Of a DNA stretch of 64,000 nt, positions 53,801 through 64,000 are shown piece after piece. The notes beneath the pieces were generated by a model. The model made no database searches. It saw only the letters and a list, made by a program, of their open reading frames with translations, and had not been told where the DNA came from. Within the stretch, counting starts at the first letter, position 1. Each line of letters begins with the position of its first letter. Position numbers and translations under genes: made by a program. The DNA is taken from assembly GCA_964016885.1 (NCBI GenBank), contig OZ024740.1, positions 214,086,001 to 214,150,000 on the forward strand, read 5' to 3'. The stretch is from Eledone cirrhosa (Eukaryota).

Positions 53801-56800
53801 AGTAAGTAATAGTAGTTATATAGTTAGTAACAATACTTATATATAGTTAGTAATAGTACTTATATAGTTAGTAACGGTAGTTATATATAGTTAGTAACAG
53901 TGGTAATATAGAGTTAGTAACATTAGAAATTTATAGTTAGTAAGTGTGGTAATACATATTTAGTAACAGTAGTAATATAGATTTAGTAGCATTGGTTATA
54001 TATAGTTAGTAACAGTAGTAATATAGAGCTAGTAACAGTAGCTATATAGAGTTAGTACCAGTAGTTATATAGCGTTAGTAACAGTGGTTATATATTGTTA
54101 GTAACAGTAGTAATATAGAGTTAGTAACAGTAGTAATATTGAGTTAGTAAAAATAGTTATATATAGTCAGTAAAAGTAGTTATATTGAGTTAGTAACAGT
54201 AGCTATATAGTTAGTAACACTAGTATATAGAGTTAGTAACACTAGTTATATTTAGTTAGTAACACTAGTAATGTAGAGTTAGTAACAGTAGTCATATTGA
54301 GTTGGTAACAGTAGTAATATAGCGTTAGTAACAGTTGTAATATTGAGTTAGTAATATTAGTAAATTAGAATTAGTAACAGTAGATATATAGTGTTAGTTA
54401 CAGTAGTTATATATAATTAGTAACATAAGTAATATAAAGTGAGTAACAGTAGTAATATAGAGTTAGTAACAGTAGTAATATAGAGTTAGTAACAGTAGTA
54501 ATATAGTTAGTAAAGTAGTTATATAGAGTTATTAACAGTTGTTATATAGAGTTAGTAACAGTAGTTATATAGAGTTAGTAACAGTAGTAATATATAGAGT
54601 TAGTAATAGTAGTAATATAGAATTAGTGACGTTTATAATATAGAGTTAGTAATATAGAGTTAGTAAAAGTGGTAATATATAGTTAGTAACAGTAGTTATA
54701 TTGAGTTGGTAACAGTAGTAATATAGAGTTAGTAACGGTAGTTATATACAGTTAGTAACAGTAGTAATATAGAGTTAGTAATAGTAGTTATATTTAGTTA
54801 GTTACAGTAGTAATATAGTTAGTAACAGTAGTTATATAGAGTTAGTAACAGTAGTTATATAGAGTTAGTAACTGTTGTAATATAGAGCTAGTAACAGTAG
54901 TCATATAGAGTTAGTAACAGTAGCTATACAGAGTTAGTACCAGTAGTTATATAGTGTTATTAACAGTGGTTATATATAGTTTATTAACAGTAGTAATATA
55001 GAGTTAGTAACAGTAGCTATATAGAGTTAGTACCAGTAGTTATGTAGCGTTAGTAACAGTGGTTATATATAGTTAGTAACAGTAGTAATATAGAGTTAGT
55101 AACTGTAGTAATAAAGAGTTAGTAAAAGTAGTTATATATAGTCAGTAACAGTAGTTATATAGAGTTAGTAACAGAAGTAATATAGAGTTAGTAACAGTAG
55201 TTATATAGAGTTAGTAACAGTAGTAATATAGAGTTAGTAGCAGTAGTAAGATATAGAGTAAGTAATAGTAGTTATCTAGTTAGTAACAATACTTATATAT
55301 AGTTAGTAATATTACTTAGATAGTTAGTAACAGTAGTTATATATAGTTAGTAACAGTGGTAATATAAAGTTAGTAACATTAGTAATTTATAGTTAGTAAG
55401 TGTGGTAATACATATTTAGTAACAGTAGTAATATAGATTTAGTAACAGTAGTTATATTTAGTTAGTAACATTAGTAATATAGAGTTAGTAACAGTAGTCA
55501 AATAGAGTTAGTAACAGTAGTAATATAGCGTTAGTAACATTTGTAATATAGAGTTAGTAAGATTAGTAAATTAGAATTCGTAACAGTAGATATATAGAGT
55601 TAGTAAGAGTAGTAATATAGTTAGTAACAGTAGTTATATAGAGTTAGTAACAATAGTTATATAGAGTTACTAAGAGTAGTTATATAGAGTTAGCAACAGT
55701 AGAAATATAGAGTTAGTAACAGTAGTTATATATAGTTAGTAACTTAAGTGATATAGAGTGAGTAACAGTAGTAATATAGAGTTAGTAACGGTAGTAATAT
55801 AGAGTTAGTAACAGTAGTTATATAGAGTTAGCAACAGTAGTAATATAGAGTTAGTAACAGTAGTAATATAGAGTTAATAACAGTAGTTATATAGAGTTAG
55901 TAACAGTAGTTATATAGAGTTAGTAACAGTAGTAATATAGAGTTAGTAACAGTAGTAATATAGAGTTAGTAACTGTACTAATATAGAGTTAGTAACAGCA
56001 GTAATATAGCATCAGTAACAGTAGTTATATATAGTTAGTAACTGTAGTAATATAGAGTTAGCAACAGTAGTAATATAGAGTTAGTAAGAGTAGTCATATA
56101 GAGTTAGTAAGAGTAGTTATATCGAATTAGCAACAGTAGTAATATAGAGTTAGTAGCATTGGTTATATATAGTTAGTAACACTAGTAATATAGAGTTATT
56201 AACAGTAGCAATATAGAGTTAGTACCAGTAGTTATATACTGTTAGTAACACATTATTATATATAGTTAGTAACAGTAGTAATATAGTTAGTAACAGTAGT
56301 AATATAGAGTTAGTAACAGTAGCCATATAGAGTTAATACCAGTAGTTATATAGCGTTATTAACAGTAGTAATATAGAGTTAGTAACAGTAGTTATATAGC
56401 GTTAGTAACAGTAGTAATATAGAGTTAGTAACAGTAGTAATATAGAGTTAGTAAGAGTAGTTATATAGAGTTAGTAAGAGTAATTATATCGAATTAGCAA
56501 CAGTAGTAATATAGAGTTAGTAGCTTTAGTTATATATAGTTAGTAACAGTAGTAATATAGAGTTAGTAACAGTAGCTATATAGAGTTAGTACCAGTAGTT
56601 ATATAGCGTTAGTAACAGTAGTAATATAGAGTTATTAACAGTAGTAATATAGAATCAGTAACAGTAGTTATATATAGTTATTAACACTAGTAATTTAAAG
56701 CTAGTAAAAGTAGTTATATTTAGTTAGTAACAGTAGTAATATAGTTAGTAGCAGTAGTTATATAGAGTTAGTAACAGTAGTTATATAGGGTTAGTAACTG

Positions 56801-59170
56801 TTGTAATATAGAGCTAGTAACAGTAGTCATATAGATTTAGTAACAGTAGCTATATAGAGTTAGTACCAGTAGTTATATAGTGTTATTAACGTTAGTAATT
56901 TATAGTTAGTAACAGTAGTAATATAGAGTTAGTAACAGTAGTAATATAGAGTTAGTACCAGTACCTATATAGAGTTAGTACCAGTAGTTTTGTAGCGTTA
57001 GTAATAGTGGTTATATATAGTTAGTAACAGTAGTAATATAGAGTTAGTAACAGTAGTAATATAGAGTTAGTAAAAGTAGTTATATATAGTCAGTAACAGT
57101 AGCAATGTAACAGTAGTAATAAAGTTAATAACAGTAGTCATATAGAGTTAGTAACAGTAGTTATATTTAGTTAGTAACAGTAGTAAGATAGTTAATAACA
57201 GTAGTTATATAGAGTTAGTAACATTAGTTATATAGAGTTAGTAAATGTAGTAATTTAGAGTTAGTAACAGTAGTAATATAGAGTTAGTAACAGTAGTTAT
57301 ATAGAGTTAGTAACAGTAGTAATATAGTTAGTAACAGTAGTAATATAGAGTTAGTAACAGTAGTTATATAGAGTTAGTAACAGTACACATATTTAGTTCG
57401 TTACAGTAGTAATAAAAAGTTAGTAACAGTAGTTATATAGAGTTAGTAACAGTAGTAATATAGACTTAGTAACAGTAGTAATATAGAGTTAGTAACAGTA
57501 GTAATATAGAATTAGTAACAGTAGCTATATAGAGTTAGTACCAGTAGTTATATAGCGTTATTAAAAGTGGTTATATATAGTTAGTAACAGTAGTAATATA
57601 TAGTTAGTAACAGTAGCTATATAGAGTTACTACCAGTAGTTATATAGCGTTGGTGACAGTGGTTATATATAGTTAGTAACAATAGTAATATAGAGTTAGT
57701 AACAGTAGTTATATTTAGTTAGTAACAGTAGTAGTATAGAATTAGTAACAGTAGTTATATAGAGTTAGAAACAGTAGTAATATAGTTAGTAACAGTAGTT
57801 ATATAGAGTTAGTACCAGTAGTTACATAGCGTTATTAACAGTGGTTATATATAGTTAGTAACAGTAGTAATATGTAGTTAGTAACAGTAGCTGCTATATA
57901 GAGTTAGTAACAGTAGTTATGTAGCGTTAGTAACAGTGGTTATATATAGTTAGTAACAGTAGTAATATAGAGTTAGTAAAAGTAGTTATATATAGTCAGT
58001 AACAGTAGCTATATAGTTAGTAACAGTGGTAATATAGTTAATAACAGTAGTCATATAGAGTTAGTATCAGTAGTTATATTTAGTTTGTAACAGTAGTAAT
58101 ATAGTTAGTAACAGTAATCATATAGGGTTAGTTACAGTAGTTATATAGAGTTAGTAACAGTAGTTATATAGAGTGAGTAACAGGAGTTATATAGAGTTAG
58201 TAACAGTAGTTATATAGAGTTAGTAACAGTAGTAATATTGAGTTAGTAACAGTAGTTATATATAGTTAGTAACTGTAGTAATATAGAGTTAGTAACAGTA
58301 GTTATATAGAGTGAGTAACAGGAGTTATATAGAGTTAGTAACAGTAGTTATATAGAGTTAGTAACAGTAGTAATATTGAGTTAGTAACAGTAGTTATATA
58401 TAGTAAGTAATAGTAGTAATATAGAGTTAGTAACAGTAGTAATATAGAGTTAGTAACACTAGTAATATGCAGTTAGTATCAGTAGTTATATAGAGTTAGT
58501 AACAGTAGTAATATAGAGTTAGTAACACTAATCATATAGAGTTAGTAACAATAGTAACAATAGTAATATATATAGTTAGTAACAGTAGTTATACATAGTT
58601 AGTAACAGTAGTAATATAGAGTTAGTAACACAAGTAATATAGAGTTAGTAACAGTAGTTATATAGAGTTAGTAACACTAATTATATAGAGTTAGTATCAG
58701 TAGTATTATAGAGTTAGTAACAGTAATTATATAGAGTTAGTAACAATAGTAATATAGAGTTAGTAACAGTAGTTATACATAGTTATTAATAGTAGTTATA
58801 TAGAGTTAGTAACAGTAGTAATATAGCTAGTAACAGTAGTTATATAGAGTTAGTAACAGTAATTATAGATAGTTAGTAACAGTAGTTATATAGAGTTAGT
58901 GAGAGTAGTTATATTGAGTTAGTAACAGTAGTTATATAGAGTTATTAACAGTAATTATAGATAGTTAGTTACAGTAGTTATATATAGTTAGTAACAGTAG
59001 TTATATAGAGTTAGTAACAGTAGTTATATAGAGTGAGTAACAGTAGTTATATAGAGTTAGTAATAGTAATTATAGATAGTTAGTAACAGTAGTTATATAG
59101 AGTTAGTAATAGTAGTTATACAGAATTTGTAATAGTAGTTATATAGAATTAGTAATAGTAGTTGTATAGT
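26805..59170. repeat. 23-bp satellite (GTTAGTAACAGTAGTAATATAGA)n with 21-bp variants, ~32 kb, roughly 1400 monomers, higher-order structure
   Basis: Continuous array with no ORFs; variant markers recur at a 2153-bp period between 44.2 and 50.6 kb. Confidence 0.97.
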
Positions 59171-59229
59171 GTTGGAGCTGAAGTCAGTGAGGTTGCAGTT
59201 TTGTTGTGTAGTTTTGTTAATGTTATAAT

Positions 59230-59425
59230 GTAATTGTCTCTACTATAGGCACAAGTACTGCAATTTGAAGGGGGAGGGGGAATCAATTCAATCGACCCCA
59301 GTGTGTTACTGGTGCTTTATTTATCGTTCCCGTTAGAATGAAAGGGAAATCTAACCTCGACGGAATTTGAATTCAGAATGTAAAGGAGCGTAACTCTATA
59401 CTGCAATGCATGGTGTGCGACCCTA
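59230..59425 (-). mobile_element. tRNA-derived SINE, long variant, diverged
   Basis: ggcacaagtactgcaatttgaagggg...atcgaccccagtgtgttactgg...ggaatttgaattcag. Confidence 0.8.
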
Positions 59426-59954
59426 TGGGGAGTTTAGGTGGTTAGTATTTGTAATAACGTTTAAGTGTCTTAGCTGTAAGTTGTCGCGAATAAAGCAGGT
59501 GTAAGGAAGGACTGATTCCTTAATATGTGTAGAGATTATTAAAGCAGACTAACATTAGCAGCTGTTTTCAATGTTTCTTTTGATGAAAGAGTGGCGTGTC
59601 TAGGTATCTAGGTTACGTATGGATGACATTTGTGTGAGGGAGATGAAGGAGGATATAGAAAGCACGTTTCTTGTGAGATATTTCACAGACAGAATGGATG
59701 TAGAAAGTATAACAGACTCTAGAGATAACTGATTAATGGTGTTTAGTTACTCTTATTGTTATAGTTGGAATCTATTACAGGTCCAACATTGATGTCTGCT
59801 GTATGAACAACCACCTTATATTCTTTAAAGATAACACACCGTTGTTTGCGAGGTCACACACACATAATACGACCGCACACACACAATGTATTCTATATAT
59901 ATCTAGCCACCCCCTCCCCCTCTTTCTCTCTCTCTCTATATATATATATTAATA

Positions 59955-60131
59955 ATAATTGTTTCTATTTTAGGCACAAGGCCAGCAATTAACCAGTACA
60001 TTACTGGTACTGTATTTTATCGACCCCGTAAGGATGAAAGGCAAAGTTAACCTCGGCCGGATTTGAACTCAGATAGTAAAGAGACGTAACTATGCTGGAA
60101 AGCATGTCCGACCCTCTACCGATACTGCCAA
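59955..60131 (-). mobile_element. tRNA-derived SINE, near full length
   Basis: Family core, B box, and A box tggcagtatcgg. Confidence 0.85.
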
Positions 60132-60187
60132 TTTCATTTATTAGCCACAAGGGCCGACATGTAGGAGACGATACAAAGTCAGGGACA
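60131..60187 (-). mobile_element. Short LINE-like 3' terminus related to 1-282
   Basis: Reverse complement ends gcccttgtggctaataaatgaaat, compared with gcccttgtggctaataaagaaat at 260-282. Confidence 0.5.
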
Positions 60188-60678
60188 TAGTAATAATAAT
60201 AAATGTGAAGACTAAAATCCGAAGAGGTTCTCGATAAGGATAATACATATATAAAAATATAAAACCATAGAGCAAATATTTATTAAACTCAGATTAAACT
60301 CAGAAGATCCCGTTAAGGGTGAAAGCAGCGATTCTTTACTTAAACTTTAATCTGTTATTTTAATATATATATATATATATGACGTCTAGGAAGTTTACTA
60401 CTTTATGGTTCGGCTCGATGGTGATAGAGAGACCGTTATTTTTGAAGAATCTATGTAATTGTTTTTTTTAGCAAATCAATGCCCCGATTAGTGCAATTGT
60501 GGACTGCAAATAGGCGCGCCTAACTTCTGCATGAACCCAGCCACATAGCTGCTTTCTACTGCATATTGCACATTGAGCACATGCCTTTACGCTTTGGCTT
60601 CTAACTAATTCACCAATCTCTCCTCTCCTATCTCCTCTCCTATCTCCATCTCTCTCTTTAAGATTGGTTACTCTTGAA

Positions 60679-60722
<44 letters not shown>

Positions 60723-60951
60723 CGTTTCTGAATTTGTTTAGCAAGATTCTTTATCTGAAATCGTGTGTTGAAACCGATATTGTTATACTTTGGGAGGGTC
60801 ATGTTGCCAATAAGAAACACACGCACCAGTTGCTTTCACTTCAATTTATTATATATTTATAAATTCATAAATTTACAAATCTACAAACTTATAAATTATA
60901 AATTTCTGGTTGGTTGGTTGGTTCCACAACCAGATAGTTGTTTATATATAT

Positions 60952-60996
60952 AGTCATAGTCCTTTCGTCACACACTCTGTGACCTCTTCAGTGACT
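60952..60996 (-). ncRNA. Minimal type I hammerhead ribozyme in the PLE 3' UTR
   Basis: Reverse complement of the 63351-63395 motif. Confidence 0.85.
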
Positions 60997-61196
60997 GGGG
61001 ATTCCTTTCTTCGTTTCTGTGCCTTTTCTTTCTTCTATCCTACGCCATTTTGTTTCTGTGTGTGTGTTGTGTGCTCAGTTTGCGCATGTGTCACATCCGG
61101 GTGTCTGTGTGTGTTTGTGTTCATTTTTCTATTTGTTTATTTATTTATTGTTGGTTGGTTGTTTGTTCTATGTGTGTGTGTGTTTTCATTTTGTCC

Positions 61197-62669
61197 TTAA
61201 TTGTAAGTTGTGATGTTGCTGTTCCACTCATATTTTCTATTTAATTTTGGTTTTAATTCTTTTATGCTTACTGCCTCTGTAATTTGCCTAAACATTGCGT
61301 CTTTTCTGTGCGTGGATTCTATTTTTATTTCTATGCTCTCTAATCTACCCCTGTGTTCTATCTTAGCATGTTGGTAGAGCACAGATGATTCTTTATTATC
61401 TTGGAGGTCTCGCCAGTGTTCATTTATTCGTTCCCCTATACTACGAGCTGTCTCACCTATGTACACTATATTTTTGTTTCTACATTGTCCTTCAGTACAT
61501 CTTATGCTATACACTACATTTCTAGTTTTACAGTTAATATGGGGGCTTATTTTACAGGTTATACATTTCTTATCTATACATGAGGGTCTTTGGAACGGGT
61601 ATGCCTTGCTAATAAGTGTTTTTACGGAGGTACCAGGTCTTTCTACTATCTTAATATTGAGATTATGTTTATTTAGGGCCTTTCTAAATTTGTAGGCTAG
61701 TTCGCCTCTAGGGGTTGTATTGATGAACATTACACTCTGGTATTTATTGCTATCATACCATGAGTTTATTCTATTGGCCTTGTTCCTAGTTCTTTCTATT
61801 CTATTCCAAAATTTGCTCCTATACAAGGGGCAGGTCCCATTTATGTCATTATTTACCATTTTTTCCCATTTGGTTCTGGCTCCTTTATACACTCTGATTC
61901 TATCTCTCTGATTGTAGCCAGAGAACTGCATACGGTGGATGAAGTGTTGTATGTGTCTCTCTAGTTCTTCGGGGTTGCACATGCGGGACACATTTCTCAT
62001 CACCCGTACCAAATCCGCAATCAGTATGTTGATTTTGGTATGGTCCGAAATGGCCGAGTTTCGGTGGATCAGATGTTTGGAAGTCATGGGTTTGGCATAA
62101 TGGGAATGGAGGATTTGTTTTTGGTTGTTAATGGTATCTAACCAGAGCTCTGTGTCTAGTACAGGTAATCGATGGTTGGGGTGTCTACTTGGGTAGTCTA
62201 TAGTAACTCTAATGCTCTGGTGGATGGAGTTTGCTATTTGCTGGATGCTTTCCATTGTGTTTTTCTCTAGTTCCTGACTGTTCTTTAGTGGGGGTGTCTT
62301 AACTGCGATGTTTATATCATCTACGTAGCGGGAGTACATTATCAGGGTTAAGCTGTCTTCTAATTGTTCATTAAGTTTTTGTTTAAGTCTACTGTCCCAC
62401 CATACCATGAATAAGTTAGCTATGTCGCCTGCAATGCTAACACCAATGGCTGCTCCTTCCTCTTGGGCATATGTTTTACCATTAAATTTGAACATATGTT
62501 CCTTAAGGGTTAATTTTATACTGGCCCCTACCGCATGTGCAATCATTTTCTTCAGTTCATCGTGGTTTTCGGGTGTCCGTATGGCTCTGGTCCACCCGTT
62601 CCATCTATCTGTGTGGGTTTTCTTGGCCATTGAGGTAATGGTAGGTGGTCTGCCTCTTGCTGGTCTTGT
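61197..62669 (-). CDS. PLE polyprotein, N-terminally truncated: reverse transcriptase, Cys-rich linker, GIY-YIG endonuclease
   Basis: QEEGAAIG, YSRYVDD, LPVLD and HYAKPM RT/thumb motifs; CIDKKCITC linker; NVVYSIRC...IVYIGETARSIGERINEH; 490 uninterrupted codons. The ATG at 62690 lies in the inverted arm and is not the native start. Confidence 0.92.
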   Translation of the reverse strand, partial: TRPARGRPPTITSMAKKTHTDRWNGWTRAIRTPENHDELKKMIAHAVGASIKLTLKEHMFKFNGKTYAQEEGAAIGVSIAGDIANLFMVWWDSRLKQKLNEQLEDSLTLIMYSRYVDDINIAVKTPPLKNSQELEKNTMESIQQIANSIHQSIRVTIDYPSRHPNHRLPVLDTELWLDTINNQKQILHSHYAKPMTSKHLIHRNSAISDHTKINILIADLVRVMRNVSRMCNPEELERHIQHFIHRMQFSGYNQRDRIRVYKGARTKWEKMVNNDINGTCPLYRSKFWNRIERTRNKANRINSWYDSNKYQSVMFINTTPRGELAYKFRKALNKHNLNIKIVERPGTSVKTLISKAYPFQRPSCIDKKCITCKISPHINCKTRNVVYSIRCTEGQCRNKNIVYIGETARSIGERINEHWRDLQDNKESSVLYQHAKIEHRGRLESIEIKIESTHRKDAMFRQITEAVSIKELKPKLNRKYEWNSNITTYN

Positions 62670-63073
62670 ACCCGTTCCAAAGACCCTCATGTATAGATAA
62701 GAAATGTATAACCTGTAAAATAAGCCCCCATATTAACTGTAAAACTAGAAATGTAGTGTATAGCATAAGATGTACTGAAGGACAATGTAGAAACAAAAAT
62801 ATAGTGTACATAGGGGAGACAGCTCGTAGTATAGGGGAACGAATAAATGAACACTGGCGAGACCTCCAAGATAATAAAGAATCATCTGTGCTCTACCAAC
62901 ATGCTAAGATAGAACACAGGGGTAGATTAGAGAGCATAGAAATAAAAATAGAATCCACGCACAGAAAAGACGCAATGTTTAGGCAAATTACAGAGGCAGT
63001 AAGCATAAAAGAATTAAAACCAAAATTAAATAGAAAATATGAGTGGAACAGCAACATCACAACTTACAATTAA
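62669..63073 (+). pseudogene. Inverted duplicate of the linker + GIY-YIG coding segment (part of the pseudo-LTR)
   Basis: Translation from YPFQRPSC to NITTYN is identical to the C-terminus of the minus-strand ORF. Confidence 0.9.
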
Positions 63074-63350
63074 GGACAAAATGAAAACACACACACACAT
63101 AGAACAAACAACTTACAATTGAAAACACAGACAAAATGAAAACACACACAGGACAAAATGAAAACACACACACACATAGAACAAACAACCAACCAACAAT
63201 AAATAAATAAACAAATAGAAAAATGAACACAAACACACACAGACACCCGGATGTGACACATGCGCAAACTGAGCACACAACACACACACAGAAACAAAAT
63301 GGCGTAGGATAGAAGAAAGAAAAGGCACAGAAACGAAGAAAGGAATCCCC

Positions 63351-63395
63351 AGTCACTGAAGAGGTCACAGAGTGTGTGACGAAAGGACTATGACT
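63351..63395 (+). ncRNA. Minimal type I hammerhead ribozyme in the inverted pseudo-LTR
   Basis: agtca-CTGAAGA-g-gtcaca gagtg tgtgac-GAAA-ggac-TA-tgact: stem I agtca/tgact, 6-bp stem II, vestigial stem III, CUA triplet. Confidence 0.85.
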
Positions 63396-63562
63396 ATATA
63401 TATAAACAACTATCTGGTTGTGGAACCAACCAACCAACCAGAAATTTATAATTTATAAGTTTGTAGATTTGTAAATTTATGAATTTATAAATATATAATA
63501 AATTGAAGTGAAAGCAACTGGTGCGTGTGTTTCTTATTGGCAACATGACCCTCCCAAAGTAT

Positions 63563-63657
<95 letters not shown>

Positions 63658-64000
63658 AAAGTTTACATATATATATACATACACATACATATACGTGTTT
63701 TGCAACTGGTCACTTTGTGGCTCAATGAAAAATTAATAAATTAAACAATCAGAGCTATATATCATAAAACATGTCTATAGAATCACAAGATAAAATATAT
63801 ACTCTTTCCTCTCTCAATTAGCATAATTAACTATATAAAAAATCGAATAGACCAGGCTATACGAATGAGGCTTCTATGAAGGAATCTCCGACAAATAACC
63901 AAAACTAGCGCTTCGCGTCGGCCGTAGCGGAATATTTATCGAATATTTCGACAGCGTAATCGCCTAGATACAGTCAACTAAGCAGAATTAGGTTTAAAAT

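Larger units (their letters stand above)
60721..63570 (-). mobile_element. Penelope-like retroelement (PLE), 5'-truncated, with inverted pseudo-LTR, inserted in (TA)n
   Basis: RT + GIY-YIG ORF; arms 60777-61601 and 62669-63570 are inverted copies; 56-bp extra tail at 60721-60776; (TA)n on both flanks. Confidence 0.93.

Noticed and set aside
26805-59170. Telomeric or interstitial telomeric array
   Set aside because: Contains TTAG but not the molluscan TTAGGG repeat.
60298-60345. Hammerhead-like cagaagatcccgttaagggtgaaagc before an AT tail and (TA)n
   Set aside because: Core mutated (CAGA instead of CUGA), no G-C closing pair, no stem I and no NUH triplet; at best a decayed relic.
60777-63570. 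DNA transposon with long terminal inverted repeats
   Set aside because: The arms duplicate the 3' part of an RT/GIY-YIG ORF, and no transposase is present.
63880-64000. CpG-rich patch at the window end
   Set aside because: Too short and truncated to call a promoter or an element terminus.

Overview
Repeat-dominated eukaryotic DNA, very probably from an octopod cephalopod (dense TA/CA/GA microsatellites plus about 10 copies of a tRNA-derived SINE resembling the Octopus SINEs with a Meta-type central domain). About 38 kb is satellite: a 37-bp array (21.2-26.4 kb) and a 23-bp array (26.8-59.2 kb) with nested higher-order repeats. The only recognisable protein-coding sequence is a young, 5'-truncated Penelope-like retroelement (RT + GIY-YIG, 60.7-63.6 kb) with an inverted pseudo-LTR, inserted in (TA)n and carrying two minimal type I hammerhead ribozymes. 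A third, unrelated hammerhead motif sits at 16.08 kb in a long hairpin near two short foldback elements, suggesting a non-autonomous ribozyme-bearing family. Also seen: a 533-bp TSD-flanked insertion in a 40-bp minisatellite, a LINE-like 3' end and a few isolated candidate exons. Nearly all ORFs in the supplied track are simple-repeat artefacts. Coordinates were counted by eye and repeat boundaries are approximate.
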